A stretch of DNA of 64,000 nucleotides, taken from contig CAWGVS010000012.1 of assembly GCA_963826115.1 (NCBI GenBank), positions 128,001 through 192,000 on the forward strand. Reading direction: 5' to 3'. This document shows positions 52,973-64,000 of this stretch, one piece after another. Position numbers and translations under genes: made by a program. This DNA is from an uncultured Candidatus Rokubacteria bacterium. GTDB taxonomy: Bacteria > Methylomirabilota > Methylomirabilia > Rokubacteriales > DASRDR01. The number at the start of each line of letters is the position of its first letter. Position 1 is the stretch's first letter. The notes under the pieces are model-generated. The model saw only the letters and a program-made list of their open reading frames with translations. It ran no database searches and had not been told where the DNA came from.

Positions 52973-54913
52973 TCAGGACGCCACGGCCGCCGCCCCGCGG
53001 GGCGTGTCCGGCGTCGGCGGCGGGCCCGCCGCGGGCCGCCGGTCCACGAACATCCGGTGCCAGAGCTCGAGCACGAGCAGGCTCCACAGCTCGTGGTGCC
53101 ATCCGCGCGCGCCGCGCGCGTGCTCGTCCAGGAGCCGGCTCACCACCGGCGCGTGAAAGTAGCCGCGCGCCACCGTCCGCGAGTCCAGGAGCACGTCGTG
53201 GGCCAATGGACGGAGCTCCTCGCGGAGCCAGCGGTCGATCGGCACACCGAAGCCCTGCTTCGGCCGGTCCACCACCTCGGTGGGCAAGAGGGGACGCACC
53301 GCGCGCCGGAGGAGGTACTTCCCCGCGCGGCCGCGGACCTTCAGGTCCGACGGCAGGCTGGCGCAGAACTCCATCACGTCGGGGTCGAGGAAGGGCGAGC
53401 GGCCCTCGAGCCCGTGGGCCATGGTCGCGATGTCCACCTTCACGAGGAGGTCGTCGGGCAGGTACGTCCCGACGTCCACCAGGAGGGCGGCGTCGACCGG
53501 ATCCAGGCCTTCGGCGTCGCGGAACGGGGCCGCCAGGTGCTCGAGCGAGTCGCGGTCGCCCGCCGCCCGCCGGAACTCCTCGGTCACGAGGACCTGCTTC
53601 ACCCCTGGCTCGAGGTGGGCGGCCCAGCGCGCGTACCGGCGCGCGGGCGGCTCGGCGAGCCCGGCCAGGAACCGGCGGGCGTAGTCGACCCGCCGCCCGG
53701 CCGCCGGGAGCGCGCCGAGGAGCGCCGCCAGCGGCCGCGCCGCGGGACGCGCCAGGGTCGCGTAGCGGGCGGCGAGCCCGCTTGCCCGATGGCGACGGTA
53801 GCCCGCGAGGTTCTCGTCACCGCCGTCGCCGTTCAGCGCGACGGTCACGTGGCGCCGGGTGAGCTCAGCCAGGTAGAACGTCGGGATCGCCGACGAGTCC
53901 GCGTACGGCTCGTTGTAGTGCCAGAGGAGGCGCGGCAGCACGTCCACCGCCTCGGGCCGCACGACGAACTCGTGGTGGTCGCAGCCGTAGCGGCGCGCCA
54001 CCAGGCGCGCGTACCGGAGCTCGTCGTACGCCGGCTCCTCGAAGCCGATCGAGAAGGTCCGCACGGAGCCCGCGCCGGCCTCGGCCATGAGCGCCACCAC
54101 CGTGCTCGAGTCGATGCCGCCGCTCAGGAACGCCCCGAGCGGCACGTCGGCGACGAGGCGCGCGCGCACGGCGTCACGGAGGCGCGCCAAGAGCTCCGTC
54201 GCCGCGTCGTCCTCCGACATCCGCCGCTTCGGGAGATACTCGAGCCGCCAGTAGCGCTGGAGGCGCGTCTGGCCGTCCTCCACCACGAGACAGTGGCCCG
54301 GCGGGACCCGCCGGACGCCGGCGAAGGCCGAGCCCGGCGCCGGCACGTAGTGGAGCGTCAGGTAGTCCCAGAGGGCCCCCGCGTCCGCCCGCACCTCGAA
54401 GGCGGGATCGGCCAGAAAGGCCTTCGGCTCCGACGCGAACTCGAGCCCGTCCCGATCCAGCCGGTAGTAGAGGGGCTTCTTGCCCACCCGGTCGCGCGCG
54501 AGCAGGAGCCGGCGCCGGGCGCCGTCCCAGAGCGCGAACGCGAACATTCCGCGGAGCCGCGCCAGGCAGTCGACGCCGTGGGCGGCGTAGGCGGCCAGGA
54601 GCGCCTCGGTGTCCGAGCGGGTCCGGAACCGGTGGCCGCGCGCCTCGAGCTCGGCGCGCAGCTCGCGGAAGTTGTAGATCTCGCCGTTCAGGATCGCCTG
54701 GACGCGCGGGTCCTCGCCCGCCATCGGCTGGCGCGCGGCATCGCTGAGATCGACGATCGCCAGGCGGCGGTGCACGAGCCCCACGGCCCCGTCGCACCAG
54801 ATCGCCTGCCCGTCCGGCCCCCGGTGGGCGAGGAGGTCGCCCATCGCGCGAAGGCGCCCGGGGTCCACCGGCGCGCCGGTGCGGAAGTTCAGGCGGCCCG
54901 CGATCCCGCACAC
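52973..54913 (-). CDS. asnB: Asparagine synthase (glutamine-hydrolysing)-like amidotransferase
   Basis: (M)CGIAG, HRGPD, NGEIYNF, RDRVGKKPLYY, FLSGGIDSS, GDGGDE. Confidence 0.92.
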   Translation of the reverse strand: MCGIAGRLNFRTGAPVDPGRLRAMGDLLAHRGPDGQAIWCDGAVGLVHRRLAIVDLSDAARQPMAGEDPRVQAILNGEIYNFRELRAELEARGHRFRTRSDTEALLAAYAAHGVDCLARLRGMFAFALWDGARRRLLLARDRVGKKPLYYRLDRDGLEFASEPKAFLADPAFEVRADAGALWDYLTLHYVPAPGSAFAGVRRVPPGHCLVVEDGQTRLQRYWRLEYLPKRRMSEDDAATELLARLRDAVRARLVADVPLGAFLSGGIDSSTVVALMAEAGAGSVRTFSIGFEEPAYDELRYARLVARRYGCDHHEFVVRPEAVDVLPRLLWHYNEPYADSSAIPTFYLAELTRRHVTVALNGDGGDENLAGYRRHRASGLAARYATLARPAARPLAALLGALPAAGRRVDYARRFLAGLAEPPARRYARWAAHLEPGVKQVLVTEEFRRAAGDRDSLEHLAAPFRDAEGLDPVDAALLVDVGTYLPDDLLVKVDIATMAHGLEGRSPFLDPDVMEFCASLPSDLKVRGRAGKYLLRRAVRPLLPTEVVDRPKQGFGVPIDRWLREELRPLAHDVLLDSRTVARGYFHAPVVSRLLDEHARGARGWHHELWSLLVLELWHRMFVDRRPAAGPPPTPDTPRGAAAVAS

Positions 54914-54935
54914 GTCCGGCTGGATCCGGGGGCCG

Positions 54936-55925
<990 letters not shown>

Positions 55926-58580
55926 TCAGCCATCGAGCGCCGCGAGGGCGCGTTGCCGCTGGCGGAAGACGCCTGGCAGGTCGGGCTCGATCCGGACGCG
56001 GTCCACCGCGAAGCTCCCGCGCCCCGTCGCCTCCACCTGGACGGCCATCGGCGTGGGCGGGCCCTCGTGGACGAAGGGCACCTCGACGTCCACCGCGCGG
56101 CGCCCATCGCCGAGCTCGGCCGCGGTGACCGGCCGCTCCGCCAGGAGCCGCCGCTCGGCGAAGACGCGGAGGACCGCGCTCGCCTGTCCCGCGCTCCCGG
56201 CCCCGCCCCGCAGCGTGAACCGCGCCCGGTAGGCGCCCGGCGCGAGATAGAGGAGGGGCCGCGGCGGGCCCTTCGGGCCGTTCAGCACCACGCCGGGGCG
56301 GTCGATCCCGCGCTCGAACACGAGGGCGACGGCCCCGGGCGTCGCCGCGTCGCCGCCCAGTCGGCCCTCCGCGAGGATCGACTCGAGGCGGATCTCGCGG
56401 GTGAGCGCGCGCGTGAGCAGCCGGGCGTCGAGTCCCGTCGCCCGCTCGAAGGCCGGGGTCCACGTCTCGGCCGGCGCGGGGGCTCGGCCGAGCTCGCGGA
56501 CCGCGGCCACCCAGGCCGGGGCGGCCGCCGGGAGCCCCGCCGCCACGCGCCGCGCGTCCTCGCGCCGCCCGAGCTGGCGATAGGCCGTACCGAGCAGGAG
56601 CGCGACCTCCCCGTCGCCGGGGCGCGCGGCGAGCGCGCGCTCGAGATAGGGCACGGCGGCGTCCCACCGCCCCCAGCTCGCATACCCCTCGCCGATCTCG
56701 CGGGCGCCGGCCCGGATCTGGAACAGGGCCGTTCGCGCCTCGGGGAGAAAGCCGATGCGCACCCCGTAGAGGGCGGGCCGCGCGGGCCACCACCAGCGCG
56801 GCCGGAAGTGGACCGCTTGCCAGTCCCCGGCCGGGAGCGCGCGCCATCGGCGCGTCCAGCCGACGTCGATCCGGACCCGGCTCGGCTCGGGACCGTTGGC
56901 GACGAAGACGACGACTTCGTCGACCGGCGCCGGCGCCGCGAGGACGACGTCGTGGACCTGCGCCCCGCCCAGAAAGACCGTGCGGTCGTCCCGGTCGTAG
57001 GCGCCGGGATCGAGCGTGGCGACGCCCCCGTTCCACGTCGCGTCGTAGGGCCGGGGCCAGAGCAGGGCGGGCGCATCCACCACCCGGGGCGGGCGCGTCG
57101 CGTACACGGCGATCGTCGGATGGGCAAAGCCCAGGGGGGCGAGGGCGACCGTCCGCATGAGGGCGACCTCCTGCGGCAGGGACCGGAAGAACCGGCGGAG
57201 CGCGGGCGCCACCTCGACGCGTGAGTCCCAGCGGCCCTCGAGGTAGCGGTCGTGCTCGAGGCTGCTCGTCACCAGGATGTCGGCGGCCGCGCGCGCCTCG
57301 GCGAGCGGGCGCCGGGGCTCGAAGAAGCTCGCCTGCGGCCACTCGTTCACACCGAGCGGGAAGTAACCCTCCATCGCGATCCGCTCCGAGGGCGCGACGT
57401 GCGCCCCGAACCAGCGGCCGGCCAGCGCGCGCGTGTCCGGCAAGCTCAAGAGGACGTCCTGCCAGACGGAGCGTCCGAGATCCCCTACCAGGAGCCCGAG
57501 CGTCACCAGGAAGATGGCGAGCCGGACCCAGAGGTGCCCGCGGGCCCGCGTGGCGGCGCCGGCGATCGCGCGCGCGAGCAGGACCGCCGCCGGCGGCACG
57601 AGGTAGACGAAGAATCGCTCGTCCATCCACGGGATGATCGCGGCGGCCAGGAAGCCGGGCACCACGAAGGCCGCGAGGACGAGGTCCGCGGGACGGCGCC
57701 GCCAGAGCGCCGCGCCGAGTCCCGCGCCGAAGCCGAGCAGCATCGGCCAGCCCAGCCAGTCCCCCAGGAGCGCGAAGGCCCGGACGGCGCCGGGCCCCGC
57801 ACCTCCCGCGTGGCGCAGACCGAACCGGCCCAGCCAGGCGGCCCGATCCCACGCCGCCTCCAGCGCCGCCAGGAGGTGACCGCCCTGGATGAGCGCCCCG
57901 GCGGCCGTCCCGGCGACCAGCAGGACGGCGACCAGCAGAACGGGCCACCACAACGCCCGGCGCCGGCGCCACGCGAGCGTGAACGCGACGGCGAGCGGCG
58001 CGACGACCACGAAGCCGCCCGGTTTGAGCGCGAGCGTGACGGCCGCTCCGACGGCGGCGCCCGCGTACGCGAGCCCGCTCGCGCGCTGCGCCACCGTCAC
58101 GCAGGCCGCCAGCGTCAGGGTGAGCGCGAGCACCATCGGCACGTCCCGGTACGGGTAGTGGGAGTGGAACGTGTGGAGCGGCGACACCGCCACGAAGGCG
58201 GCCGCCAGGAGGCCCGCCCGGCGGCCGAAGGCGCGCGCGCCGAGCCAGAACGTCGCGACGATCGTGAGCGTCCCCAGAACGGCCGTGAGGACGGCGAGCG
58301 TGCTGCCGACCAGCGCGAAGGTCCAGGACGGCGGGTATCCGAGCACGCGCCCCGCCAGGTCGGCCGCCTCCAGGGCGACCCGGCTCAGGAACCCGTGGGC
58401 CGCGCCGAACCGGGCGGGTCCGAGCGGCCCGCCGAGGAAGAGGTGCCAGGCGCTCCAGACCGCGAGGTGCGCGTCCGCGTGATAGATGAAGCCGTCGCCG
58501 AGCCCGTGGAGAATGCCCCAGAAGCGGAGGATCGCGCCGACGAGGACGATCGACGCGAGCCACGCGGCGCGGGATCCCAC
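55926..58580 (-). CDS. GT-C (ArnT/PMT-like) membrane glycosyltransferase with extracellular/TPR C-terminus
   Basis: N-terminal multi-TM region (ILRFWG, GLLAAAFVAVSPLH..HSH, ALKP, ERF); TPR-like AVPYLERALAARP...LGTAYRQLGR. Confidence 0.7.
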   Translation of the reverse strand: MGSRAAWLASIVLVGAILRFWGILHGLGDGFIYHADAHLAVWSAWHLFLGGPLGPARFGAAHGFLSRVALEAADLAGRVLGYPPSWTFALVGSTLAVLTAVLGTLTIVATFWLGARAFGRRAGLLAAAFVAVSPLHTFHSHYPYRDVPMVLALTLTLAACVTVAQRASGLAYAGAAVGAAVTLALKPGGFVVVAPLAVAFTLAWRRRRALWWPVLLVAVLLVAGTAAGALIQGGHLLAALEAAWDRAAWLGRFGLRHAGGAGPGAVRAFALLGDWLGWPMLLGFGAGLGAALWRRRPADLVLAAFVVPGFLAAAIIPWMDERFFVYLVPPAAVLLARAIAGAATRARGHLWVRLAIFLVTLGLLVGDLGRSVWQDVLLSLPDTRALAGRWFGAHVAPSERIAMEGYFPLGVNEWPQASFFEPRRPLAEARAAADILVTSSLEHDRYLEGRWDSRVEVAPALRRFFRSLPQEVALMRTVALAPLGFAHPTIAVYATRPPRVVDAPALLWPRPYDATWNGGVATLDPGAYDRDDRTVFLGGAQVHDVVLAAPAPVDEVVVFVANGPEPSRVRIDVGWTRRWRALPAGDWQAVHFRPRWWWPARPALYGVRIGFLPEARTALFQIRAGAREIGEGYASWGRWDAAVPYLERALAARPGDGEVALLLGTAYRQLGRREDARRVAAGLPAAAPAWVAAVRELGRAPAPAETWTPAFERATGLDARLLTRALTREIRLESILAEGRLGGDAATPGAVALVFERGIDRPGVVLNGPKGPPRPLLYLAPGAYRARFTLRGGAGSAGQASAVLRVFAERRLLAERPVTAAELGDGRRAVDVEVPFVHEGPPTPMAVQVEATGRGSFAVDRVRIEPDLPGVFRQRQRALAALDG

Positions 58581-58642
58581 CTACCGGCCCCCGGCCGCCT
58601 CGCCCCGCCGGATGGCCGCTCGTGTCATGCGGGCGACCGCCG

Positions 58643-59962
58643 TCAGTCGCGGCCGACGGCCGCCAGCGCCCGCTCCGTCGCCGACGCGAACTCCTCGACC
58701 TCGCGCTCGCCCATCGGCGTCGACAGGCAGCCGAGCCCCGACGTGTGGACCAGGACCCCCGCGTGGAAGAGCGCGAGAAACAGTCGCTCCATGCGCGCCT
58801 CGGCCGCCTGGTCGATGTCGCGATAGCTGCGGAGCGGCCGATCCGTGAAGAGCAGCCGGAAGAGCGAGCCTTCGCCGGTCGCCTGACCGGGCACGCCCGC
58901 GGCGCGGAAGACCTCGTTGACGCGCGCGCGCAGCCGCGCGCCGAGCGTCTCCAGCCGGTCGAACGCCTCCGGCGTCATGGCGCGCATGGTCGCGAGCCCC
59001 CCGGTCATGCTGACCGGGTTCGCGCTGAACGTCCCGCCGGAGGCGATCCGCGGCCCCCGCGTGCCCGGGTCGAACACCTCCATCACCTCGGCGCGGCCGC
59101 CGGTGGCGCCGACGGGAAAGCCGCCGCCGATGATCTTGCCGAAGGCGGTGAGGTCCGGGTCGCCGCCGTAGCGCCCCTGGGCGCCCCCGTAGCCGACCCG
59201 GAAGGAGATGACCTCGTCGTAGATGAGGAGGATCCCGCGCTGGCGCGTGACCTGGCGGAGGAAGGCGAGGAACCCCTCGGCCGGCGGGATGAAGCCCATG
59301 CGGTTCGACAGGGGGTCCACGACCACCGCCGCCAGCTCGGCCGCGTGACGCGTGACGAGCCGCTCGCAGGCGTCGAAGTCGTTCCACGGCAGGACGAGCG
59401 TCTCCTGTACCCGGTGCTTCGGCACGCCCCCCGAGGACGGGGTGCTGGCCGGCGCGTCCTCCGGGCCCCAGTCGTCGGGGCGCGAGCTGTAGCTCACCTG
59501 GACGTCGTCGTAGTAGCCGTGGTACGCGCCCTCGAACTTGGCGATCCGGTCGCGGCCCGTGTAGGCGCGCGCCGCCTTGATCGCCATCATGACCGCCTCG
59601 GTGCCCGAGTTGCCGAAGCGGATCCGCTCGAGGCCCGGCACGCGCTCCACGAGCAGCTCGGCGAGGGCCACCTCCTCGGGGGTCGACGCGGCGAACGCGG
59701 TGCCGCGCGCGAGCTGCCGGCTGACCGCCTCGACGAGCGGGGGAAAGGCGTGGCCGTGGATCAGCGCGGTGAAGTTGTTGACGGCGTCGAGCCGCTCCAC
59801 GCCGTCGGCGTCGGTCACGCGGCACCCCTGCCCCCCGGTCAGGTAGAAGGGGTGCGGGCGGACGTGGAAGTTCGCCTTGGACGTCCCGCCGGGAATGACC
59901 TGCCGCGCGCGCTCGAACAGCGCGCGCGAGTGCGATCGGGGATCGTCGAACCGCGTACCCAT
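58643..59962 (-). CDS. Class III PLP aminotransferase (GSA-aminomutase-like)
   Basis: NSGTEAVM.AI.AAR, KFEGAYHG, IYDEVISFR, FGKIIGGGFPVGA. Confidence 0.9.
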   Translation of the reverse strand: MGTRFDDPRSHSRALFERARQVIPGGTSKANFHVRPHPFYLTGGQGCRVTDADGVERLDAVNNFTALIHGHAFPPLVEAVSRQLARGTAFAASTPEEVALAELLVERVPGLERIRFGNSGTEAVMMAIKAARAYTGRDRIAKFEGAYHGYYDDVQVSYSSRPDDWGPEDAPASTPSSGGVPKHRVQETLVLPWNDFDACERLVTRHAAELAAVVVDPLSNRMGFIPPAEGFLAFLRQVTRQRGILLIYDEVISFRVGYGGAQGRYGGDPDLTAFGKIIGGGFPVGATGGRAEVMEVFDPGTRGPRIASGGTFSANPVSMTGGLATMRAMTPEAFDRLETLGARLRARVNEVFRAAGVPGQATGEGSLFRLLFTDRPLRSYRDIDQAAEARMERLFLALFHAGVLVHTSGLGCLSTPMGEREVEEFASATERALAAVGRD

Positions 59963-60041
59963 GCTCGCCTCCGTCCTGCGCGGCGCCGGCCGCGGGCCTG
60001 GTCGCCGCCCGCCCCGGTCGGGTTGTCGCGCCGTCAGCCGG

Positions 60042-62078
60042 TCACAGGCGGATGTCGAGCCAGCCCAGCGGGGTCACGGTCGCCCGCTCCCCGGCCCGCA
60101 GGAGCGCGGTCGTCGTCGCCGCCTCGACGATCGCCGGGCCCGCCAGCGCCTGCCCCGGCGCCACCGCGTCGAGATCGTAGACCGGCACCTCGCGCCAGCC
60201 GTCCAGGTAGACGCGCCGCCGGCTCCGCGGTGCGGCGGGTGGCCGTGCGGCGAGCGCGGGCTCCTCGGGCAGGGCCGGCAGCTCGCCGACCACCGCCAGG
60301 CGCGCGTTGACGAGCACGACCTCCTGGTCGGGCGCCGCGTAGGTGTAGAGCTCCTCGTGGCGCTTGTGGAACCGCGCGACGATCTCCGCCATCGCGTCCG
60401 GCGCCTCCAGGTCGACATCACCGAGCGGGACGTTGACCTCGAAGATCTGCTCGCCATAGCGCATGTCCACCGCGCGCTGGATCCGCACCGGGCCCGAGAA
60501 CGCGTCGGCCAGGCGGCGCCGGCCCTCCTCCTCCATCGACGCGAAGACCTGGCGCAGCTGAGCCGCCCCGATCCGCCGCGCGTCGCCGATGTGCGTCCGC
60601 ACCGCCTCGTAGCGGAGATCGGTGGCGAGCATCCCCCAGGCCGAGAGGACAGCCGCGACCCGCGGCACCACCACGCGCCCGATCTCGAGCCGCCGGGCGA
60701 CGTCGGTCACGTGGAGGGCGGCCGCGCCGCCGAACGCGAGGAGCGCGAACCGCCTGGGGTCGACGCCACGCCGGACCGAGACGACGCGGATCCCCTCGGC
60801 CATGACCGTGTTGATGACGCGGTGGATGCCCTCGGCGGCCACCATCCGATCGGTCCCGAGCCGCTGGGCGATCGCGTCGACCGCGCGCTGGGCGGCTCCG
60901 AGGTCGAGCCGCGCGCGGCCGCCGAGGAAGTTGCCGGCGTCGAGGTAGCCCAGGGCCAGGTTCGCGTCCGTCACCGTCGCGGCCGTCCCGCCCTTGCCGT
61001 AGCAGGCCGGTCCCGGCTCGGCGCCCGCGCTCTCCGGCCCGACGCGCAGCGTCCCGCCGGCGTCCACGCGCGCGATCGATCCGCCGCCCGCGCCGATCGA
61101 CACGATGTCGAGGCTCGGCAGCGCGACCTTCTGGCCCGCCACGGCCCGGTCCGTGGAGAGCTGCGGCTCGCCGTGCTCCACGAGCGAGATGTCGGTGCTG
61201 GTCCCGCCCATGTCGAAGGGGATCAGGTTGCCCTCGCCGAGGAGCCGCGCGCAGTAGCGGCTTCCCGCCACCCCGCCGGCGGGGCCCGAGAGGACGGCGC
61301 CGGCCGCGAGCCGCACCGCGTCGGCGATCGGCGCCACGCCGCCGTGGGACTGGATGATGAGCACCGGGCCGGCGTAGCCCGACTGGGCCAGGCGCTCGGC
61401 GAGGCGCGACAGGTAACGCGAGAGCGCGGGGCCGACGTAGGCGTTGACCACCGTCGTGCAGACCCGCTCGTACTCCTTGATCTGGGGCAGCACCTCCGAG
61501 GAGAGCGAGACGTAGGCGTCCGGCAGCGCCCGGCGAAGCGCCCGCTCGGTGGCCCGCTCGTGGCGCCCGTCCCGGTAGGCGTGGAGGTAGCAGACCGCCA
61601 CCGCCTCCACTCCGGCCCGCCGGAGATCCGCGATGGCGCGGTCGAGCGCCTTGCGATCGAGCGCGGTCTCGACCCGGCCGTCGGCGCGCATGCGCTCCTT
61701 GACCCCGAGCCGCCGCGCGCGGGGCACGAGGGGCTCCGGGGCCGGCATCCGGAGGTTGTACCGGTCGTCCTTCAGCCCCTCCCGCATCTCGATCACGTCG
61801 CGATGGCCGGCGGTCGTGAGGAGCCCGACGCGCGCCCCCTTGCGCTCGAGGAGCGCGTTGGTCGCCACCGTGGTCCCGTGAACGATCCGCTCGGTGTCGC
61901 GGAGGAGCGTCGCCCGGTCGACGCCGAGCGTCTCCGCGAGGAGACCGAGACCCTCCATGACGCCGAGCGACTGGTCCTGCGGCGTGGACGCCGCCTTGGC
62001 GAGTGTCACGCGCCCGCGCTCGTCGACGGCCACGAGGTCGGTGAAGGTGCCGCCGACGTCGATCCCGATCCGGTACAC
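60042..62078 (-). CDS. Hydantoinase/oxoprolinase alpha (A) subunit
   Basis: IGIDVGGTFTD, HGTTVATNALL, SGPAGG, DMGGTSTD, IGAGGGS, GPACYG. Confidence 0.93.
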   Translation of the reverse strand: MYRIGIDVGGTFTDLVAVDERGRVTLAKAASTPQDQSLGVMEGLGLLAETLGVDRATLLRDTERIVHGTTVATNALLERKGARVGLLTTAGHRDVIEMREGLKDDRYNLRMPAPEPLVPRARRLGVKERMRADGRVETALDRKALDRAIADLRRAGVEAVAVCYLHAYRDGRHERATERALRRALPDAYVSLSSEVLPQIKEYERVCTTVVNAYVGPALSRYLSRLAERLAQSGYAGPVLIIQSHGGVAPIADAVRLAAGAVLSGPAGGVAGSRYCARLLGEGNLIPFDMGGTSTDISLVEHGEPQLSTDRAVAGQKVALPSLDIVSIGAGGGSIARVDAGGTLRVGPESAGAEPGPACYGKGGTAATVTDANLALGYLDAGNFLGGRARLDLGAAQRAVDAIAQRLGTDRMVAAEGIHRVINTVMAEGIRVVSVRRGVDPRRFALLAFGGAAALHVTDVARRLEIGRVVVPRVAAVLSAWGMLATDLRYEAVRTHIGDARRIGAAQLRQVFASMEEEGRRRLADAFSGPVRIQRAVDMRYGEQIFEVNVPLGDVDLEAPDAMAEIVARFHKRHEELYTYAAPDQEVVLVNARLAVVGELPALPEEPALAARPPAAPRSRRRVYLDGWREVPVYDLDAVAPGQALAGPAIVEAATTTALLRAGERATVTPLGWLDIRL

Positions 62079-62079
62079 G

Positions 62080-63798
62080 TCAGCGGCCCTTCCGCGCCGC
62101 GCGGGCTGCCTTCGCCCGCGGCGCCCGGCCGGCGCGGGGCGCCGCCGGTCCTCGCGTCACGAATCCGTTCTCGCGGTCGTAGGCGCGCGCCTCGGGCGCA
62201 CGCCGCCGGGGATCGCCGTAGCCGCCGCCCCCGCCCGACTCCACCAGGAAGACGTCCCCGGGCCGCACGACGACGCCGACCTCCTTCGTCTTGAGGACGC
62301 GGTCGCGGCGGCCGCGCGAGCGGAGGCGGTAGCGGTGCGGCAGCCCGTCCTGCCCGCCCAGGATCCCGTACGGCGCGTGCCGCGTGCCGTCACCCGCGGT
62401 GTTCGCCCGGGCGGGCTCCGCGATCTCCGCGTGGAGATCGAGGACCGAGCCGGGGCCGCCCCGGTACTGTCCGTCCCCGCCCGAGTCCGGCCGGAACTCG
62501 TGCCGGGCGAAGAAGAGCGGGAAGCGCACCTCCGTCACCTCGACGCTCCCGAACTTGATGCCACCGGCCGCCTGGCCCTCGCCCGCGGTCGGCCAGCCAT
62601 CCCCCGCGGAGGATGCGCCGCCGCCCGGCCGCGCGTGGAACATGTGCCAGATGAACGGGCGGCCGCTCCGCGGATCCTTGCCCTGGATCGCGATGCGGAA
62701 GCGCCGCCCCCAGCCCGCCAGCACGCGGTCCGGGCACGCCGGGGCGAGCGCCTTGATGACCGACTCGGCGATCTCCTGGGCGCAGTGGTTCGTGCAGAGG
62801 GTGAGCGGCGCGGGCGGGTTCGCCCATACGACCGTGCCCGCCTTGGCCACCACCGTGAGCGGGCGGAAGGTCCCGTCGTTCTTCGGCGTGTCGGGATCGA
62901 TCAGGTACGCGAGGGCCATGGCCACGGCCGACCGCATGTTCGGGTAGGAGGAGTTCACGAAGCCGGTCACCTGGGGGTGGGAGTCGCTGAGGTCGACCGT
63001 CAGGTCGCTCCCGCGCTTGGTCACCTTCGCCCGGATGTAGACGTCGCGGAAGCCGTGGCCGTCGTCGTCCAGGACCGCCTCGCCCCGGTAGACGCCGTCC
63101 TTCCAGCCCGCGATGCACGCGCGCGCCTGGCGCTCGGCGCCGTCCAGGATCGCGTCGATCGCCGGCCCGACGGTCGGCGCGCCGTACTCGTCGAGCAGCG
63201 CCAGGAGCCGCCGCTCGCCGACGCGGGCGGAGCCGATCATCGCCGCCAGGTCGCCCTGGAAGTCGCGCGGGTGGCGGACGTTCGTCGCGATCATCTTGAG
63301 CACGTCGTCCCGGACCACGCCGGCCTCGTAGAGACGGAGCGGCGTGATGCGGAGCCCCTCCTGCCAGATCTCGGTCGCGCCGGGGTTGTAGGCGCCGTGG
63401 GTCGCGCCGCCGATGTCGCTCTGGTGGGAGCGGTTGATCGACCAGAACACGAGGCGCTGGCCGGCGAAGACCGGCACGAAGGCGGTCAGGTCGGGCAGGT
63501 GGTTGTTGCCGTGGTAGGGGTCGTTCAGGAGGTAGACGTCGCCGGGGCGCACGCGGTCCCCGAAGAACTCCTGCACGGACCGGACGGCCCACGGGATCGC
63601 GCCCACGTGGATCGGGACGTGCTCGGCCTGGGCGACCAGGCGGCCCTCGGCGTCGCAGAGCGCCGTGGAGAAGTCCCGGCTCGAGTTGAGGATCTGCGAG
63701 TACGAGGTGCGCAGCATCGCCTCGCCCATCTCCTGGACGATGGCCTCGAGGCGGTGCTGGATGACCGACACGGTGATCGGATCGACGCGGTCGCCCAC
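62080..63798 (-). CDS. Hydantoinase B/oxoprolinase family subunit
   Basis: EMGEAMLRTSYS, DFSTAL, NDPY.GNNHLPD, HQSDIGG, GGGGYGDP. Confidence 0.93.
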   Translation of the reverse strand: MGDRVDPITVSVIQHRLEAIVQEMGEAMLRTSYSQILNSSRDFSTALCDAEGRLVAQAEHVPIHVGAIPWAVRSVQEFFGDRVRPGDVYLLNDPYHGNNHLPDLTAFVPVFAGQRLVFWSINRSHQSDIGGATHGAYNPGATEIWQEGLRITPLRLYEAGVVRDDVLKMIATNVRHPRDFQGDLAAMIGSARVGERRLLALLDEYGAPTVGPAIDAILDGAERQARACIAGWKDGVYRGEAVLDDDGHGFRDVYIRAKVTKRGSDLTVDLSDSHPQVTGFVNSSYPNMRSAVAMALAYLIDPDTPKNDGTFRPLTVVAKAGTVVWANPPAPLTLCTNHCAQEIAESVIKALAPACPDRVLAGWGRRFRIAIQGKDPRSGRPFIWHMFHARPGGGASSAGDGWPTAGEGQAAGGIKFGSVEVTEVRFPLFFARHEFRPDSGGDGQYRGGPGSVLDLHAEIAEPARANTAGDGTRHAPYGILGGQDGLPHRYRLRSRGRRDRVLKTKEVGVVVRPGDVFLVESGGGGGYGDPRRRAPEARAYDRENGFVTRGPAAPRAGRAPRAKAARAARKGR

Positions 63799-64000
63799 GG
63801 GTAGCCCTCCTTGGCGCGGACCATCTTACTCGACGGGCCCAACCCCGCCCAGGGGGCGGCCGTCTGAAAACGCGGCCTTCGGGGACCCCTTTGCTAGAAT
63901 TCGACTTTGCGCCCGTATTTCTCGCGGTTTCCAGGACTGGAGGACTCCATCGTGCTCTCGCCCGGCGCACTCGGCACGTCGCTCACCCTGCTGGGCCTGG

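Noticed and set aside
58643-59962. Calling the aminotransferase hemL
   Set aside because: It lacks the typical GGVNSPVR N-terminal motif and any haem gene context.
63840-64000. Possible gene starting at GTG ~63952 with TAGAAT promoter and GGAGG RBS
   Set aside because: Only ~16 codons are visible at the window edge; it cannot be assigned.

Overview
Very GC-rich bacterial chromosomal segment, almost fully coding. Composition and gene content suggest a Ca. Rokubacteria/Methylomirabilota-like organism, but that is inference only. It holds mostly housekeeping genes: rlmI-like methylase, alaS, ppk2, rimO-pgpA-cinA-thpR-recA-recX, trpE-trpG-trpS, coaE-rsmA-rnj-ftsK-lolA-yajQ, and gltX-...-glgA-glnB-glnE-polA. 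It also has a polar amino-acid ABC transporter, a surface-glycan cluster and a hydantoinase/oxoprolinase pair with a class III aminotransferase. Most long ORFs in the track are antisense or off-frame GC shadows. Two signals the ORF track misses stand out. (1) A probable LysR-controlled operon at 27862-30760 encodes a DGLPVVPPT-motif protein, a cryptic UGSC-type selenoprotein (in-frame TGA at 29272 in GD-U-GSCTSCC, followed by a SECIS-like hairpin) and a CaiB/BaiF CoA-transferase. (2) A ribosome-mediated Trp attenuator (32-aa leader with WWSWCWW, antiterminator and terminator) lies upstream of trpE-trpG-trpS. Four single-base frameshifts (DedA, thpR, UGSC gene, VIT1) look like long-read indel errors. 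I saw no tRNA, rRNA, CRISPR array or transposase.
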